Origin: Octopus sinensis
Taxonomy: Eukaryota
Assembly: GCF_006345805.1 (NCBI RefSeq)
Contig: NC_042999.1
Location: forward strand, 168,392,001 to 168,456,000
Direction of reading: 5' to 3'
Length of the DNA: 64,000 nucleotides
The position numbers and the translations under genes are program-made. The notes beneath the pieces were generated by a model. That model saw nothing but the letters and a program-made list of their open reading frames with translations, was not told the origin of the DNA and made no database searches. Positions 12,386-25,317 of this stretch are shown here, piece by piece; position 1 is the first letter of the stretch, and each line of letters opens with the position of its first letter.

Positions 12386-14459
12386 TATTATCATCATCAT
12401 CATCCGTTTTCCATGCAGGCATGGGTTGACTGGGACTGGCACAGCCAGTGGCTGCACCAGGGTCTGTTTTGATTTGGTTTCTATGGTTGGATGCCTTTCC
12501 TAATGCCAGTCACTCCACAGTGTGTATTAGGTGCTTTTTATGTGGCACCATCACTTTTTAAAGTGGCATCAGTAGCAGTGCTTTTTACGTGGCACCAGCA
12601 CCTACACCAACACTTTTTACATGGCATCTTGGTTTTAGGATCTCAATTCTGTTGTGGTTGGCAGGTTTTCTCAAGTACCACAATACACTATGGAAAAATG
12701 TTCTATTTAGCCTTGTATTCTATTGGTATGTATACGATTGTGTAGTTTAGAAGTTCACATCACAATCACGTGGTTCTAAGTTAGATTTCACAATGCAACA
12801 CTTGAACAAATATATCCTTGAGTTTTCTACCCCAGCCTTGGATTGATGGAAACTGTGTGGAAGCCCATTAAAGGGACTGTACTTGTTCTAGAGTAGTAGA
12901 CTTAATTTGTTGCCTTGCAATGTACTGCCAACAGGCTCTTGGATTTAATTTATGTAGTCCATTCTATTACAAGCATACAAACCATACCTTTGGTTTGAGG
13001 ATAACTTTATATCTTGTGTTTACATCTTATATGGCTTCTTCCTCTGTTCCCCCTTCCAGTCTGAGATGCTTTGCTAAAAAAAGTCATGGGCACTCTCCTT
13101 CCTCCTGATTGTGACCTATTAAAAGAAAAATGTATTGCCTAGAAAGCTTTGTATTTTATAATGTAGGGCCAGGTATTCATGTGGTGTGTATAGCTAGGAC
13201 ATGTCAGTTTGATAGAGACCATCCTTCTCTTCATCAAACTCATAGTAAAATGTGAATTTATCGTCGCAAGCTAAAACAAGGCAATTGCTTCAACTCTTCG
13301 CATTCTGAGTTCAAATCCTGCCAATGTCAACTATGCCATTCATCCTTCTAGGGTTGATAAGTACCAGTCAGTTACTGGGATCAGTTTCTTTCTGTCTCTC
13401 ACCCTCTTAGAATTGTAAGGGACCATTTATAATGTTTCTTTCTTGCGAAAATTAGAAGAGTTGAATGAAGCATTAGCCACCTCTTCTCATCTTGTATGTG
13501 AAACAGCTGCTCAAAGAAATGGGAGTACATGACAGATATGGATGATTCTGATATACTGTATGGAACAGTTGAAAATGATAAAAAATTAGAATACTCCTAA
13601 TACTCCTAACATCTATATATTGAGATTACATAGAGCACCTACCAGTTTCTAGGAGCAAAATAATGGGGTAGAAAAAAATTAGCTTGCCAGTTCTAAAATC
13701 TTGAGTTCTGAAACCACCGTTGACACTGGCTTATGCTTATTATCCGATCCCCATATACTGCATTAATGTTCCTCACACTTTCCGTAGCATTGTTGCCTTT
13801 ATTGAACTAATAATGCAAAATGTGCCGAATATGCTCCTTTATCACTTCCATTATAGCTTTGAAAAAAATAACTGTTAAAATTGAACTGCATTCTTCAAAA
13901 CTTGCACCACAAACAAGCTACAATATAAAATTACTACCTGCTTTTATAGCAAGTTGATGCAGGTGGTTTATCTTGTCCCCCTCCAACTTTTAGTTCATGC
14001 AATTGAAAAAACTGCATTATTTATGGGATGACTCAATATTTGCAGATGTTTCACTGTATATTTAGACAGTACACATAATTATATATACCTCTATCTACAC
14101 AGCTGTAATATTGCTCTGGAAATGTTGCCTAATATACACTAACATTCTGTACAGAATAGAGATTTATTTCTCATCTGGTTCACATCAGTACACTGGAGCT
14201 AAGTGCAGTCTGTGAAAGCTCTTAAAAGTTTAAGAGATATTTACATTTTTTTCACAGCTTGGTGGAGTAGGCCATTAAGTGTTTTTGTTGCAGACACTAT
14301 GAAGCACTGAAAATAAGATTTATACCATAAGTTTTCCAATTTGTAGCCTTTTCTTTTATTTGTTTGGTTTGGAGAAAGGGGGCATGCCTCTGGCCTTTAC
14401 AAACCCTCCTCAGCAAGTGAGATTGATGTTAATGTTCCACAAATGTTCTTACAAATTAA

Positions 14460-14673
14460 CCCTTTAGCATTTAAACTGGCCACATCTGACCAAAATATTC
14501 TGCCTGTTTTATGTTCAAAATGGAAAGATCTGGCTTCTCACACCAACCCTACATTATCATTCTAAAAATTAACTGTTACTTCATATAAACTCCCACAGTT
14601 ATAAAATAATGCATGATTAACTCAAAACAATGTGAATAAATAATCATCACAAAATAATGTGAATGCTAAAGGG
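14460..14673. mobile_element. piggyBac-type MITE
   Basis: TTAA|CCCTTTAGCATT ... AATGCTAAAGGG|TTAA. Related copies at 20447-20663, ~29382-29597, ~42866-43068, ~47590-47850 and 61843-62302. Confidence 0.75.
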
Positions 14674-14689
14674 TTAAATGTAGGACCAA

Positions 14690-16220
14690 CTTGTATAAGG
14701 AGAGAATACCTGAAGGCCAGTGTTCTGGGAGAGAAGAATTGAGTGTAGGGATTTGTACAAAACTTGAGAAGGGGATGGACGCAAATTGTTTGATAAAAGG
14801 AAGAAAGAGATGAGTGAGTCAGGAGTGACTGAGTGAAGGTGACATGAGGCTAGCCAGCTACAAGGGACTGAGGCTGCTGAATCAGCAATAGAAAAGGCAG
14901 AAAGCGGTGCCCTAGGTGGTGTGTATTTGCAAGCAACTTCATTGCAATCTGTCCAATAACCTTTCTTTGAAAGTAGACTGGGATGTCTGTGTTTAGCAGT
15001 TGAGTAGTATTCTATTATGAGTCTTGACTGAGTTTTGCAGTAGTTGTGGAAGGCTAAAATATATTCTTTGCTCTGAAAGAAAGGCTCATCTTTAAGATAC
15101 AGTCTTTTCTATGTTGGTGATGTGCTTTTGCCAGAAGAGATCCTTAGTGGCAGTGAGGCTTGGCATTGAAGTGATTTGCATGGATTTTAATTATGTGTTG
15201 TTCATGTTTTAAGTGTGATGGGCAAAAATGTGACATTTGAAAATAATGTTGTGATATTTGCAATGAATGTGTCTTGTTTTTGCTGTTAAAGGAAACAAGA
15301 TTGGCATAATCCTATTAGAGGACATTCTTGAGGTCTCTGTTCATGGAGTCAGTGCAGATACAGGGTGAAGTGTCTAGGTTCAAGTGGATGATTCATGAGG
15401 AATGATGGATGGTACCATCTCCTTTGGAGTGGGTGATAGTAAGGAAGTCATGAAGAGTATGGAGAATAAACCTAAAGTACATTAGAGTTGATATAGTGTG
15501 GATTAGAGAGAGAGAGAGAGAGAGAGAGAGCTCTGTCAAAACAGTTTTAGACGGGACTTGTCTGCCATATATGGTCAAAAGCTTTGCAGAGAGAAGCAAT
15601 ACTGCTTTCACCAAGTTTCAATGGCAAGAGCCACTTGTGTGAAAATAGAATAGATCTCCAGTAGATCTGACTTTAAAAAAGCCATACTAGTAGTCTTTAA
15701 GGAAGAGGATGTCCCCATTCTTTTTGAGATATTATAAGTGAATGCAATAAGGCAGTAGTTGGCAAAGTTTCTTTCCTTAAGAATAGGATGTTCAGTACTG
15801 AATTTTCCCTAAGATTTTAACATATCTCTAGAAAAAGAAAGATTGAAAAGTTGAATACAAGCATTAGATCTGAGTCACATTGTTTAAGAAGAGTGGAAAA
15901 GACATTTCTAGGGCTGCATTTGATATGAATGTGTGCGAAATTTGAGTCTGGTTGAATGGAAGGGTGTAGTTTTGAAGGAGATCTACTTAGCATGCAGTGT
16001 GAAGTTGGATGCAAAGCAGGCAGTGAATGTGGTGGCTTTGTCTGTGGGAGTGCTGTCCACAGAATCACTGTAGCTGAGAAGTGGAAGAAAGGAGGATTTT
16101 TCAGTACTGGCAGACACCCTTTTGCCCAGGAACTGAAAGATTCAGATATGGTTTGGGAGATGGTAGAGCTTGAGAACTGTGCAATGCATGAAGGCATCCT
16201 TCACGTATTATATAAATGAG
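14690..16220 (-). mobile_element. Highly degenerate CR1/L2-group LINE (RT remnants)
   Basis: Minus strand around 15560-15620 reads GESSIASLCKAFDHIWQ, resembling the (D)xSKAFDxVWH RT motif. Many stops; boundaries approximate. Confidence 0.5.
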
Positions 16221-17147
16221 TGAGAAAACATATTTTGTCTCTTAATTGGTTTACAGTAGTTGAGGTGCTGGTAGGGACCATCCTATTTGTAGGAGAGGGT
16301 AATTTCTTCCAAGCGATATTTTTCCATGGTGGTTCTTTTTTCTGTTATAATTTCAAAAATCATAAAATGATTTTTATAAATCATCTAATTTATTTCGTTT
16401 TTGGATTTGGTTTGCAAGATTCTTTATATGAGTTTATATGAGTTGGTGTGTTGAAGCATATTCTGTTGTGTCTGGGGAGAGTCATTCTCTTTTAGTGCCT
16501 TATTATTTAACACACTCACCGGTGAGTGTGTTAAATAATAATAAGTATTTTCAAAATTAATTGAAACAAAGGCTGAGAATGACAGAGTTAAGCCTGTAAT
16601 AAACTAGAGTCGGTTCAGTTTTATTAAGCAACCCTTACCTCTGAAATCTGTCTACTCAAAAGAAATCAATATTATTCGCACAGTTCAAGGTGGCTGAGAT
16701 GGTCTGGATAGTAGAGCTCTGGACTAGATACTTCCCTGTAACTATTTAACTTGATTGCTACTCAAATGAAAGGAAAATAAAATTGGCTTTGTACTTAATA
16801 CAAAAGAAATCAATATTGTAAGTATTAATTAGCCAATTCATCAATAACACTGATCTTCGTTCACACAGTAAATTTCATTATGCGAGATCAGATAGATTTA
16901 GCCATAATTTTCTAGACTTGCTTCCTAAAAAAAAAAGAAAACTAAAAAAAGTTCACTTTGATCTTAACCAGCAGCATTTAATGGGAAAACTCTAACGAGA
17001 TACAGTTAAAATATTTGTGGTGTTGATACCTATTTTATGTTGAGCCGCAAGAAAGATTTTAGGTGAAAGTATTGTGCTTTTGAAAATCCCTAATGAAGGA
17101 ATTGGCATGGTCCTTCTTCCTGTATATCATCATTCATTACTCTAATG

Positions 17148-17413
17148 CAGTGGTTCTCAACCAGGGTCCATATGGCCCTTGGGGAGATGGGGCCGGTCTA
17201 TAGAAGATTTTGCTGTTTAAATTTATATGCAATAAACTGGATATACTTCTGCAATACAGAATATTTTAACATAATTTTTGTAGAATTCCTAATAATATTT
17301 AATCATAAAAATTTAATAGGGTTTTTTTTAAAACATCAAATGGCTATAAGGGTCTACCTGAGTAAAATAGGAATCAAAGGGATCCATATGTAAAAAATGA
17401 TTGACAACCACTG
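17148..17413. mobile_element. hAT-type MITE
   Basis: TIR CAGTGGTTCTCAA / TTGACAACCACTG and degenerate 8-bp TSD CTCTAATG / CTCCAGTG. Confidence 0.75.
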
Positions 17414-17684
17414 CTCCAGTGTGACATTTCTCAAGCGATTTCTTGTAATAGCATTGATCCTGCTCTAATGATCTCTACCAGCCATCTCTACAAATTATCC
17501 ATCAATTACAATATACTTTCTAGCTAACAATTGTACTTGATGGAAATTTTTTTATTCTTGATTTTCTCAGCTGTATTTAATAATTATGGGTTCCTCATCT
17601 ATTGTGATATAATTAAAATCATCAATAATTGATTATCCTTAAGTAGTCTCCAATTAATCTGTTACTCTCTTTTATTTATTTCAG

Positions 17685-17733
17685 CCAAAGGATGAAGATA
17701 GAAAATTCATTTGTAATGTGCATAAAGAAGAGA
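17685..17733 (+). CDS. Internal coding exon A of putative IL-17-receptor-like type I membrane protein (PKDEDRKFICNVHKEE+1 nt)
   Basis: Pyrimidine tract plus TTTCAG acceptor (17681-84) and GTAAGT donor (17734). 49 nt, open in phase 0. The trailing A joins GA of exon B to give AGA (Arg) in the open frame. Confidence 0.65.
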
Positions 17734-17938
17734 GTAAGTTGTTCCATCCTTTATTTTATGAACCTGTTTTTGTAAATTTTTAGGAACCTTATTATGACCA
17801 TTAGTTATTTTTTCTCAGATTAAAAATATTGCCTTATCTTAATATTGAATTTATGAAGATTTACTTTGAAGATTATCAAGAAGCAAAATATTGCTGCAAA
17901 TTAAGACTAAGAAAAGAAAAGAAAAAAATGAGTTAGAG

Positions 17939-18529
17939 CAGTAGTTCTCAATCATTTATCTATGGACCCTTTTATAACTATTTTATTCTAGTGGACCCCA
18001 CCATCCACCACAGCCATTTCATGTTTAAAAGCTAGTTTTATAGAAACATCTTTCAAATTCCTATTTTGTTTTCCATACTTAACCTATTTCTTTATTACCC
18101 ACAAGGGGCTAAACACAGAGGGGACAAACAAGGACAGACATAGGTATTAAGTCGATTACATTGACCCCAGTGCGTAACTGGTACTTAATTTATCGACCCC
18201 GAAAGGATGAAAGGCAAAGTCAACCTCGGCGGAATTTGAACTCACAACGTAACGCAGACGAAATACCGCTAAGCATTTCGCCCGGCGTGCTAACGTTTCT
18301 GCCAGCTCGCCGCCTTTTTCCATACTTAACCTGTGTAGGTTGAACTATATAGAATGTTAGAGGAAAAAATCCCAGCTGTTTCTTGCAATAAATACACCTA
18401 AATCACAATTTTTCATAAACTCTTAAAATTATTATAGATCCCCAGTTTATTATTTTCTAGTGTGAACCCCCAAAAATCTTACATAGACCCCCAGGGGTCA
18501 TATGGACCCTGGTTGATTGAGAATCACTG
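17939..18529. mobile_element. hAT-type MITE interrupted by a SINE
   Basis: TIR CAGTAGTTCTCAA / TTGAGAATCACTG and 8-bp TSD AGTTAGAG / ATTTAGAG. Contains the SINE at 18086-18315. Confidence 0.75.
18086..18315 (-). mobile_element. tRNA-derived SINE with Nin/Deu-type central domain
   Basis: Minus strand reads AGGCGGCGAGCTGGCAGAA...GAGTTCAAATTCC (A/B boxes) then GCCTTTCATCCTTTCGGGGTCGATAAATTAAGTACC. 17-bp TSD TTTTCCATACTTAACCT (18069-85 / 18316-32). Confidence 0.85.
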
Positions 18530-18899
18530 ATTTAGAGGAGGAAAGGCAGTGTGAATGATTTTTTTGTAGGGCCTCTGAAACATGTGAATGTAAGGGAGAA
18601 AGATTTTGATATATTCAAATTAAGTACCTTATCATTTATTGGTTTGATTTGGAAGGGGCTGTGCCCATTTTCTTCAGAAATTGGTTTGTCGTGGTTAATA
18701 TCATCATCATCATCATCACATGTCCATTTTCCATGCTGGCATAAGTTGGACAGTTTGACAGGATCTGGTGAGCTACAGGCCTGCTCTATGTCAGCTCCAT
18801 GTCTGCTTTGGCATGGTTTCTATAGCTGGAAGCCCTTCCTAATGCAACCCACTTTACGGTATGTACTGGGTGTTTTTTTTTCATTCACAGCCAAGTGTT

Positions 18900-20191
18900 T
18901 TTTCAAGTTGGTGAATGGATGATTGTTCAGATAGGGCTAAATCTGGGGAATAGGGAGGGTTTCAACCATTTCAAAGCCACAGTCACACACAGCAGCAATT
19001 GAAACCAAAGACTTGTGTGCTGGAGCATTGTTGTGATGAAAAAACAATTTTTGTCAGTTTTCCTGGGCATTTAGTCTTGATAGTCTTTTGTAACTACCTC
19101 AGTGAGTTGGCATAGTACTCCCCATTCATAGTGTGGCCCTTTTAAAGATTGTCAATAAGCACAATGCCTTTTGCATCCCCAAAAAACTGAGGCCATCACC
19201 TTCCCTGTAGATGAAACAACCTTGGCGTTCTTTGGAGCTGGTGAGGAGTAGCAGTTTCCATTGCATGGATTGTTCTCTTTGTCTCTGGCTCAAAGTAATG
19301 AAGCCAACACTAGTCCTGGGTTAGGAAATGTTCAAGGAAATCAGCTGGTTCTGCCTCATATAATGTCATATTTTGCTGTGATGTAATCAATATGGTGTGC
19401 TTTTAATCAGGTGTCAGAAGTAGAACCCACCAAGCAGAAACCTTCATCATGCAAGTTCATTGTGCAGAATATTCTCAACTCTCTCACGGGACATGCTAAT
19501 AGCATTGGCTATTGGATTTATAGTCAGTTGTCTGTGGTGAACATGATCAATGTTTTCCTCAGTGGTGGCAGTTGCAGGACATTCAGACCTGGGGTCATCT
19601 TCAAGACTATCTGTTCTCCTCCTTAAATTCAGCTGCCCGCTTTTGCACTGTTGATAAAGCTGGAGTATCATCCCCTAATGTAGCAAGCATGTCAGCATGA
19701 ATGTCTTTGGGGGCTAAGCCCTTTTTCTGCAGGTACTTGTTGTTGTTGTTGTAGAGTTGAAAAAGAGGTAATTTCTACTCTCCTCCTCTGGAAGCCATCT
19801 ACTCGCAATACCAGAGGGCGCACACTCTCCTACCCTGATGTAATCTCCAGGCATCCAGCAACAGGACCTCCGTAATGCCATGATGGACCGTGAAGTCTGG
19901 CATAGCATAGTAAATTCCATTGTCTCGACCACGGTCGAACAATGATGACTGATGATGATGCAGGTACTTGATAACATGGTGATAACAGCCAAATTTTGTC
20001 CATTTTCAAGAGAGGTCACTACTAGTTACTTTTGAAGTGTTCTTTAAACAGTGAGATGTTAGTTTACTTTGGGGTGGGGGTGGGGGCAATGCAGTTATTA
20101 ATAAGATGAGTTGAAATTAATGAATGCAAAATTTTACAGCTCTTGCATCACTCCTTCATAGTCAGCCTATAAACTTTTCAGCCCACCCTCC
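18900..20191 (-). mobile_element. Degenerate mariner transposon interrupted by an RTE fragment
   Basis: TIR-like end AAACTTTTCAGCCCACCCTCC+TA at 20171-20193. Minus ORF 19447..19671 (SLEDDPRSECP...ENILHNEL) resembles a mariner HTH region. Left boundary uncertain. Confidence 0.7.
19740..19958 (+). mobile_element. RTE 3' fragment inserted in mariner
   Basis: 12-bp TSD TGCAGGTACTTG (19728-39 / 19959-70), (TGA)n tail, homologous to 12020-12385. Confidence 0.85.
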
Positions 20192-20446
20192 TATGTCAGC
20201 CCTAATCAAATAGATCTATGATAGAAAGCATTTTCGTTGGTACCTTACCAGGTTGTTTTCAGACTCAGTGTATTTAGGAGTGCATTATCAGTGTGTCCTT
20301 TCCTAAAATTCATGCTTTGGTTTCACCGACATTTAACTGCTATTTCTTGTAGGCCAAGTAGCTATGTAGAGGTTGCTTGTTAACTGATATAATGCCATTA
20401 AAAAAATCATATCGACTAGTTGTTATGGCAAAATTATATTTATTAA

Positions 20447-20663
20447 CCCTAGTGTTCAGATTATTCTATCAAACATAATGCCTATTGATTCCCATTGATT
20501 TGAATTAATCATGCATTATCTCATATCTTCAAGATCTTGATGGTGTAATTACTTAATGTAGAATAACATTGTAGGGTAGGTGTGAGAGCCTGGATCTGGT
20601 CAGTTTGAACTTAAAACAGATTAGCTATTTTGGCCAGATATGGCCGGTTTAAATACTAAAGGG
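20447..20663. mobile_element. piggyBac-type MITE
   Basis: TTAA|CCCTAGTGTT ... AATACTAAAGGG|TTAA. Confidence 0.7.
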
Positions 20664-21704
20664 TTAAACATTATTATTTTTTTCCTTAGTTTATCTTTTA
20701 TTAAAGTAAAAAAAGCTCTCTAATTTACTGAGAAACCAACTCACCTACCTGATCACTCGATTTACTAGGAAAGGCAGCCAAATTTCTTTGAAAATCCACC
20801 TTACTCCCTTAAATAAAAGAAGAATACATTAGATAATTTATTCCTGTATACATTATCTCTGAGAAAAGGAAAGAGTAAAAGACATCCTGGTCGTGCTGAA
20901 ATGTCTTTGATCATAGGTCCATTCAGAGCTGAACTGAAAGACAAAAATTAGACCTCTCTTAATTGAACTGTCAAATATTTTCTATTTTTCTATTCTTGCC
21001 TTTGTTTGTAATATAAAAAATTGTCATGGTATACTTGTCCATTTATTTCCTTCAGCTCTGTGGATCTTTTTGTAAGATCTTTAAAATTATGATCATGAGA
21101 ACTATGATTACGGAGATGTACTCGCATAGCAAGTAATTTGATCTGAGATTGTGTGCTGAAACGAAAACAATTGCAGCGTGGAAGGTGTTCGTAAGCCATT
21201 TAAGAAACACACAAAAGCCGTTCGATTCACTTCAACATTTAAGTTTAATTTGTCAAAATATTTTCGTCGCTAAAATCCGCGACCTGTTCACTGACAAAAA
21301 TCCGTGCTGCATCTAACTATGATTAGTTAATGTAAAAATTGAAAATTTGTTAAATTTATTTGTCTTAAAAAAACATTCTTATATTATGGAAGTTGAGCAA
21401 ACTTCTAAATATTTGTTGTGATTTTAGCTGAAAGGTACTTGCTGAGAGCTATTAAATCTTATACTCAACCATTTAATTCTTGAGAAATGTTTCAATTGAT
21501 TTTGGAAATATTCAAGTGTTTATAAAGATTTAATAACATTATTAAATATATCTTAATTAATTTGATATTTGGAACATAAATGAATGAAAGGATTTTCAAT
21601 AAAACTGTGAAGGATGGTTTCATTCAAATTTAAGCAAGGTGGCTTTTGTGTTGTGATACCAAAAGAGTAGGGGCCCAGGCAGGCTGGTATAAAAAAAAAA
21701 GTTT

Positions 21705-22115
21705 GAGTGGCTGTGTGGTAAGTAGCTTGCTAACCAACCACATGGTTCAGGGTTCAGTCCCACTGCGTGGTATCTTGGGCAAGTGTCTTCTGCTATAGCC
21801 CCGGGCCGACCAATGCCTCGTGAGTGGATTTGGTAGACGGAAACTGAAAGAAGCTTGTCGTATATATGTATATATATATAAGTGTGTGTGTATATGTTTG
21901 TGTGTCTGCGTTTGACCCCCTAGCATTACTTGACAACCAATGCTGGTGTGTTTACGTCCCCGTCACTTAGCGGTTCGGCAAAAGAGACCGATAGAATAAG
22001 TACTGGGCTTACAAAGAATAAGTCCCGGGGTCGATTTGCTCGACTAAAGGCGGTGCTCCAGCATGGCCGCAGTCAAATGACTGAGACAAGTAAAAGAGTA
22101 AAAAAGAGAAAGAGA
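21705..22115 (+). mobile_element. SINE family A, full length
   Basis: Same sequence as 9831-10244 in the opposite orientation. Confidence 0.85.
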
Positions 22116-22578
22116 ATCAAATGGGGTTCAGATTCAACTGCTTAGATCTATTGACTTTTAATAATCACAATGAATATTTACTTTTGATAAAAAAAACATG
22201 GTGGAGTTACAGAAATCTCTTTTATCTTCCTTCCTTGTTTCAGTGGCCATGCTGAGGCAAGGCCTTTTATTTTTTTTTAGTTGAATGAAATGACCCCAGT
22301 ACTTATTTTTTTTTAAAGCCTGGTACTTATTCTATTGCTCTCTTTGCTGAGCTGCTAAGTCACAGGGATGTAAACACACATCAGTTGTCAAGTGGTGGTA
22401 AAGAACAAACATAGACACAAAGGCACATGCTGGGCACCCCCTTGAATTTTTAGTGAACTGCCCCCAGTACTTCTTTTTTAAGCATAGTACTTATTCTATC
22501 AGTCTCTTTTGCTGAACCACTAAGTTATGGGGATGCAAACACACCAGCACTGCTTGTCAAGCAGTGGGTGGGGGGATA

Positions 22579-22621
<43 letters not shown>

Positions 22622-22659
22622 GTATGTATGTACTGATCCATGATAGAAAATTCAAAAAA

Positions 22660-22964
<305 letters not shown>

Positions 22965-23054
22965 TATGTATATATATATATAGAAATTCGGGGTGAGTAC
23001 TTGATAATTATAAGCACCTGTGTATACCGTTTGGTGGTGTAGGTGGTGGAGTAA

Positions 23055-23544
23055 ATTGATCAAAATAAAAATAAAAATAAAAACATGAGGCGAAGGATTC
23101 AGCGGTACATATGTTTCGGGCCTTTATTAGACAGATTCATAACAAATCATAATGTATGTCTGTGGCCTTCTTCAGCCGCGCACAACAGCTTCCACAAGGA
23201 CATGTGTTACTTCCGAAATTCTTGGTTGGGGATGCAAATCTTCTCGTTCCTGTACGACGTAATGCGGCAGCAGCATCGAATTGAATCGTCCATCTCTAAG
23301 AAAGAGATGGACGATTCAATTCGATGCTGCTGCCGCATTACGTCGTACGGGAACGAGAAGATTTGCATCCCCACCAAGAATTTCGGAAGTAACACATGTC
23401 CTTGTGGAAGCTGTTGTGCGCGGCTGAAGAAGGCCACAGACATACATTATGATTTGTTATGAATCTGTCTAATAAAGGCCCGAAACATATGTACCGCTGA
23501 ATCCTTCGCCTCATGTTTTTATTTTTATTTTTATTTTGATCAAT
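23055..23544. repeat. 490-bp near-perfect palindrome (5-nt loop)
   Basis: Arms of ~243 bp. By eye they differ at one indel and one substitution. Loop AAGAA at 23298-23302. Confidence 0.95.
23420..23497 (+). ncRNA. Type I hammerhead ribozyme motif (mirror copy on - strand at 23102-23179)
   Basis: Helix I GCGG/CCGC, CTGAAGA (23424-30), helix II GGCC/GGCC with an A.C first pair, GAAAC-ATAT-GTA. Predicted cut after 23493. Confidence 0.7.
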
Positions 23545-23633
23545 ATATATATATATATATATTATATATAATATATATATATACATATATACATATATAT
23601 ATGTATATATATATATATATATATACATACATA

Positions 23634-23687
<54 letters not shown>

Positions 23688-23750
23688 TATATACATACAT
23701 ATATATATATGTATATATATATATACATATATATATATGTATATATATAT

Positions 23751-23803
<53 letters not shown>

Positions 23804-23813
23804 ATATATATAT

Positions 23814-23856
<43 letters not shown>

Positions 23857-23888
23857 CATAATATATATATATATAATATATATATACA

Positions 23889-23926
<38 letters not shown>

Positions 23927-23955
23927 TATATATATATATATAATATATATATATA

Positions 23956-24009
<54 letters not shown>

Positions 24010-24014
24010 TATAT

Positions 24015-24068
<54 letters not shown>

Positions 24069-24073
24069 CATAC

Positions 24074-24111
<38 letters not shown>
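23545..24111. repeat. Compound (TA)n/(TACA)n microsatellite, ~570 bp
   Basis: Direct reading. It generates the spurious YI/IY-repeat ORFs. Confidence 0.95.
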
Positions 24112-24112
<1 letters not shown>

Positions 24113-25290
24113 GTGGGGGTGGGTGTGCTGAAAGTATAACGGCTAGAGTAAGAATAGCCTGGGCAAAGTTTAGGGAGCTCTTACCTCTGTTGGTGACTAA
24201 AGGCCTCTCGCTCAGAGTAAAAGGCAGACTGTATGATGCATGTGTACGAACAGCCATGCTACATGGCAGTGAAACATGGGCTGTGACTGCTGAGGATATA
24301 CGTAAGCTCGCAAGAAATGAAGCCAGTATGCTCCGTTGGATGTGTAATGTCAGTGTTCATAGTCGACAGAGTGTAAGTACCTTGAGAGAAAAGTTGGACC
24401 TAAGAGGAATCAGATGTTGTGTGCAAGAGAGACGATTGCGCTGGTATGGTCATGTGGTGAGAATGGATGAAGATAGGTGTGTGAAAAAGTGCCACACCCT
24501 GGCAGTTGAGGGGACCTGTGGAAGAGGTAGACCCAGGAAAACCTGGGTCGAGGTGGTGAAGCACGACCTTCGAACTCTAGGTCTCACCAAGGAAATGACC
24601 AGAGACCGAGACCTATGGAAGTATGCTGTGCGTGAGAAGACCCGGCAAGACCAGTGAGAACAATCAAAATCAAATCATATATCAGAAAGCAGGGGTAAGT
24701 GACCCATCCGTTCGTGTCCGCTGTCAGCCTCGTCTGGCACCCGTGCCGGTGATACGTAAAAGCACCATTCGCTCATGGCCGTTTGCCAGCTCTGCCTGGC
24801 CCCGTGTCGGTGGCACGTAAAAGCACCATCCGTTCGTGTTCGTTGCCAGCCTTGCCTGGCCCCGTGCCGGTGACACATAAAAGCACCGTCCGTTCGTGGC
24901 CATTTGCCAGCTCTGTCTGGCCCTGTGTCGGTGGCACGTAAAAGCACCATCCGTTCGTGGCCGTTTGCCAGCTCTGTCTGGCCCCGTGTCGGTGGCACGT
25001 AAAAGCACCATCCGTTCGTGTCCGTTGCCAGCATCGCCTGGCCCCATGCACCATCCGTTCGTGGCCGTTCGCCAGCTCTGTCTGGCACCTGTGCAGGTGG
25101 CACGTAAAAAACACCCACTACACTCGCGGAGTGGTTGGCGTTAGGAAGGGCATCCAGCCGTAGAAACACTGCCAGATCTGACTGGACCTGACGAAGCCTT
25201 CCAGCTTCACAGACCCCAGTTGACCCGTCCAACCCATGCTAGCATGGAAAGCGGACGCTAAACGATGATGATGATGATGATGATGATGAT
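24112..25290 (+). mobile_element. RTE-clade LINE 3' part with 3'-UTR tandem repeats and (GAT)n tail
   Basis: ORF 24190..24657 is near-identical to the 1772-3804 copy (RRLRWYGHV, GRGRPRKTW). Inserted in a (TA)n tract. Confidence 0.92.
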
Positions 25291-25317
25291 ATATACATAC
25301 ATATATATATATAAACA

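Noticed and set aside
13440-13600. Protein-like reading (LEELNEALATSSHLVCETAAQRNG...DMDDSDILYG)
   Set aside because: It is interrupted by a stop or frameshift, has no splice signals and no recognisable family.
23338-24257. Long ORFs of Y/I/M/C repeats (also 5988-6505, 52151-52607, 57423-57667, 60171-60458)
   Set aside because: These are translations of (TA)n/(CA)n microsatellites.
24735-25110. Regularly spaced ~60-bp repeats resembling a CRISPR array
   Set aside because: The units are contiguous tandem copies with no unique spacers, lie inside an RTE 3' UTR, and there are no cas genes; the context is eukaryotic.
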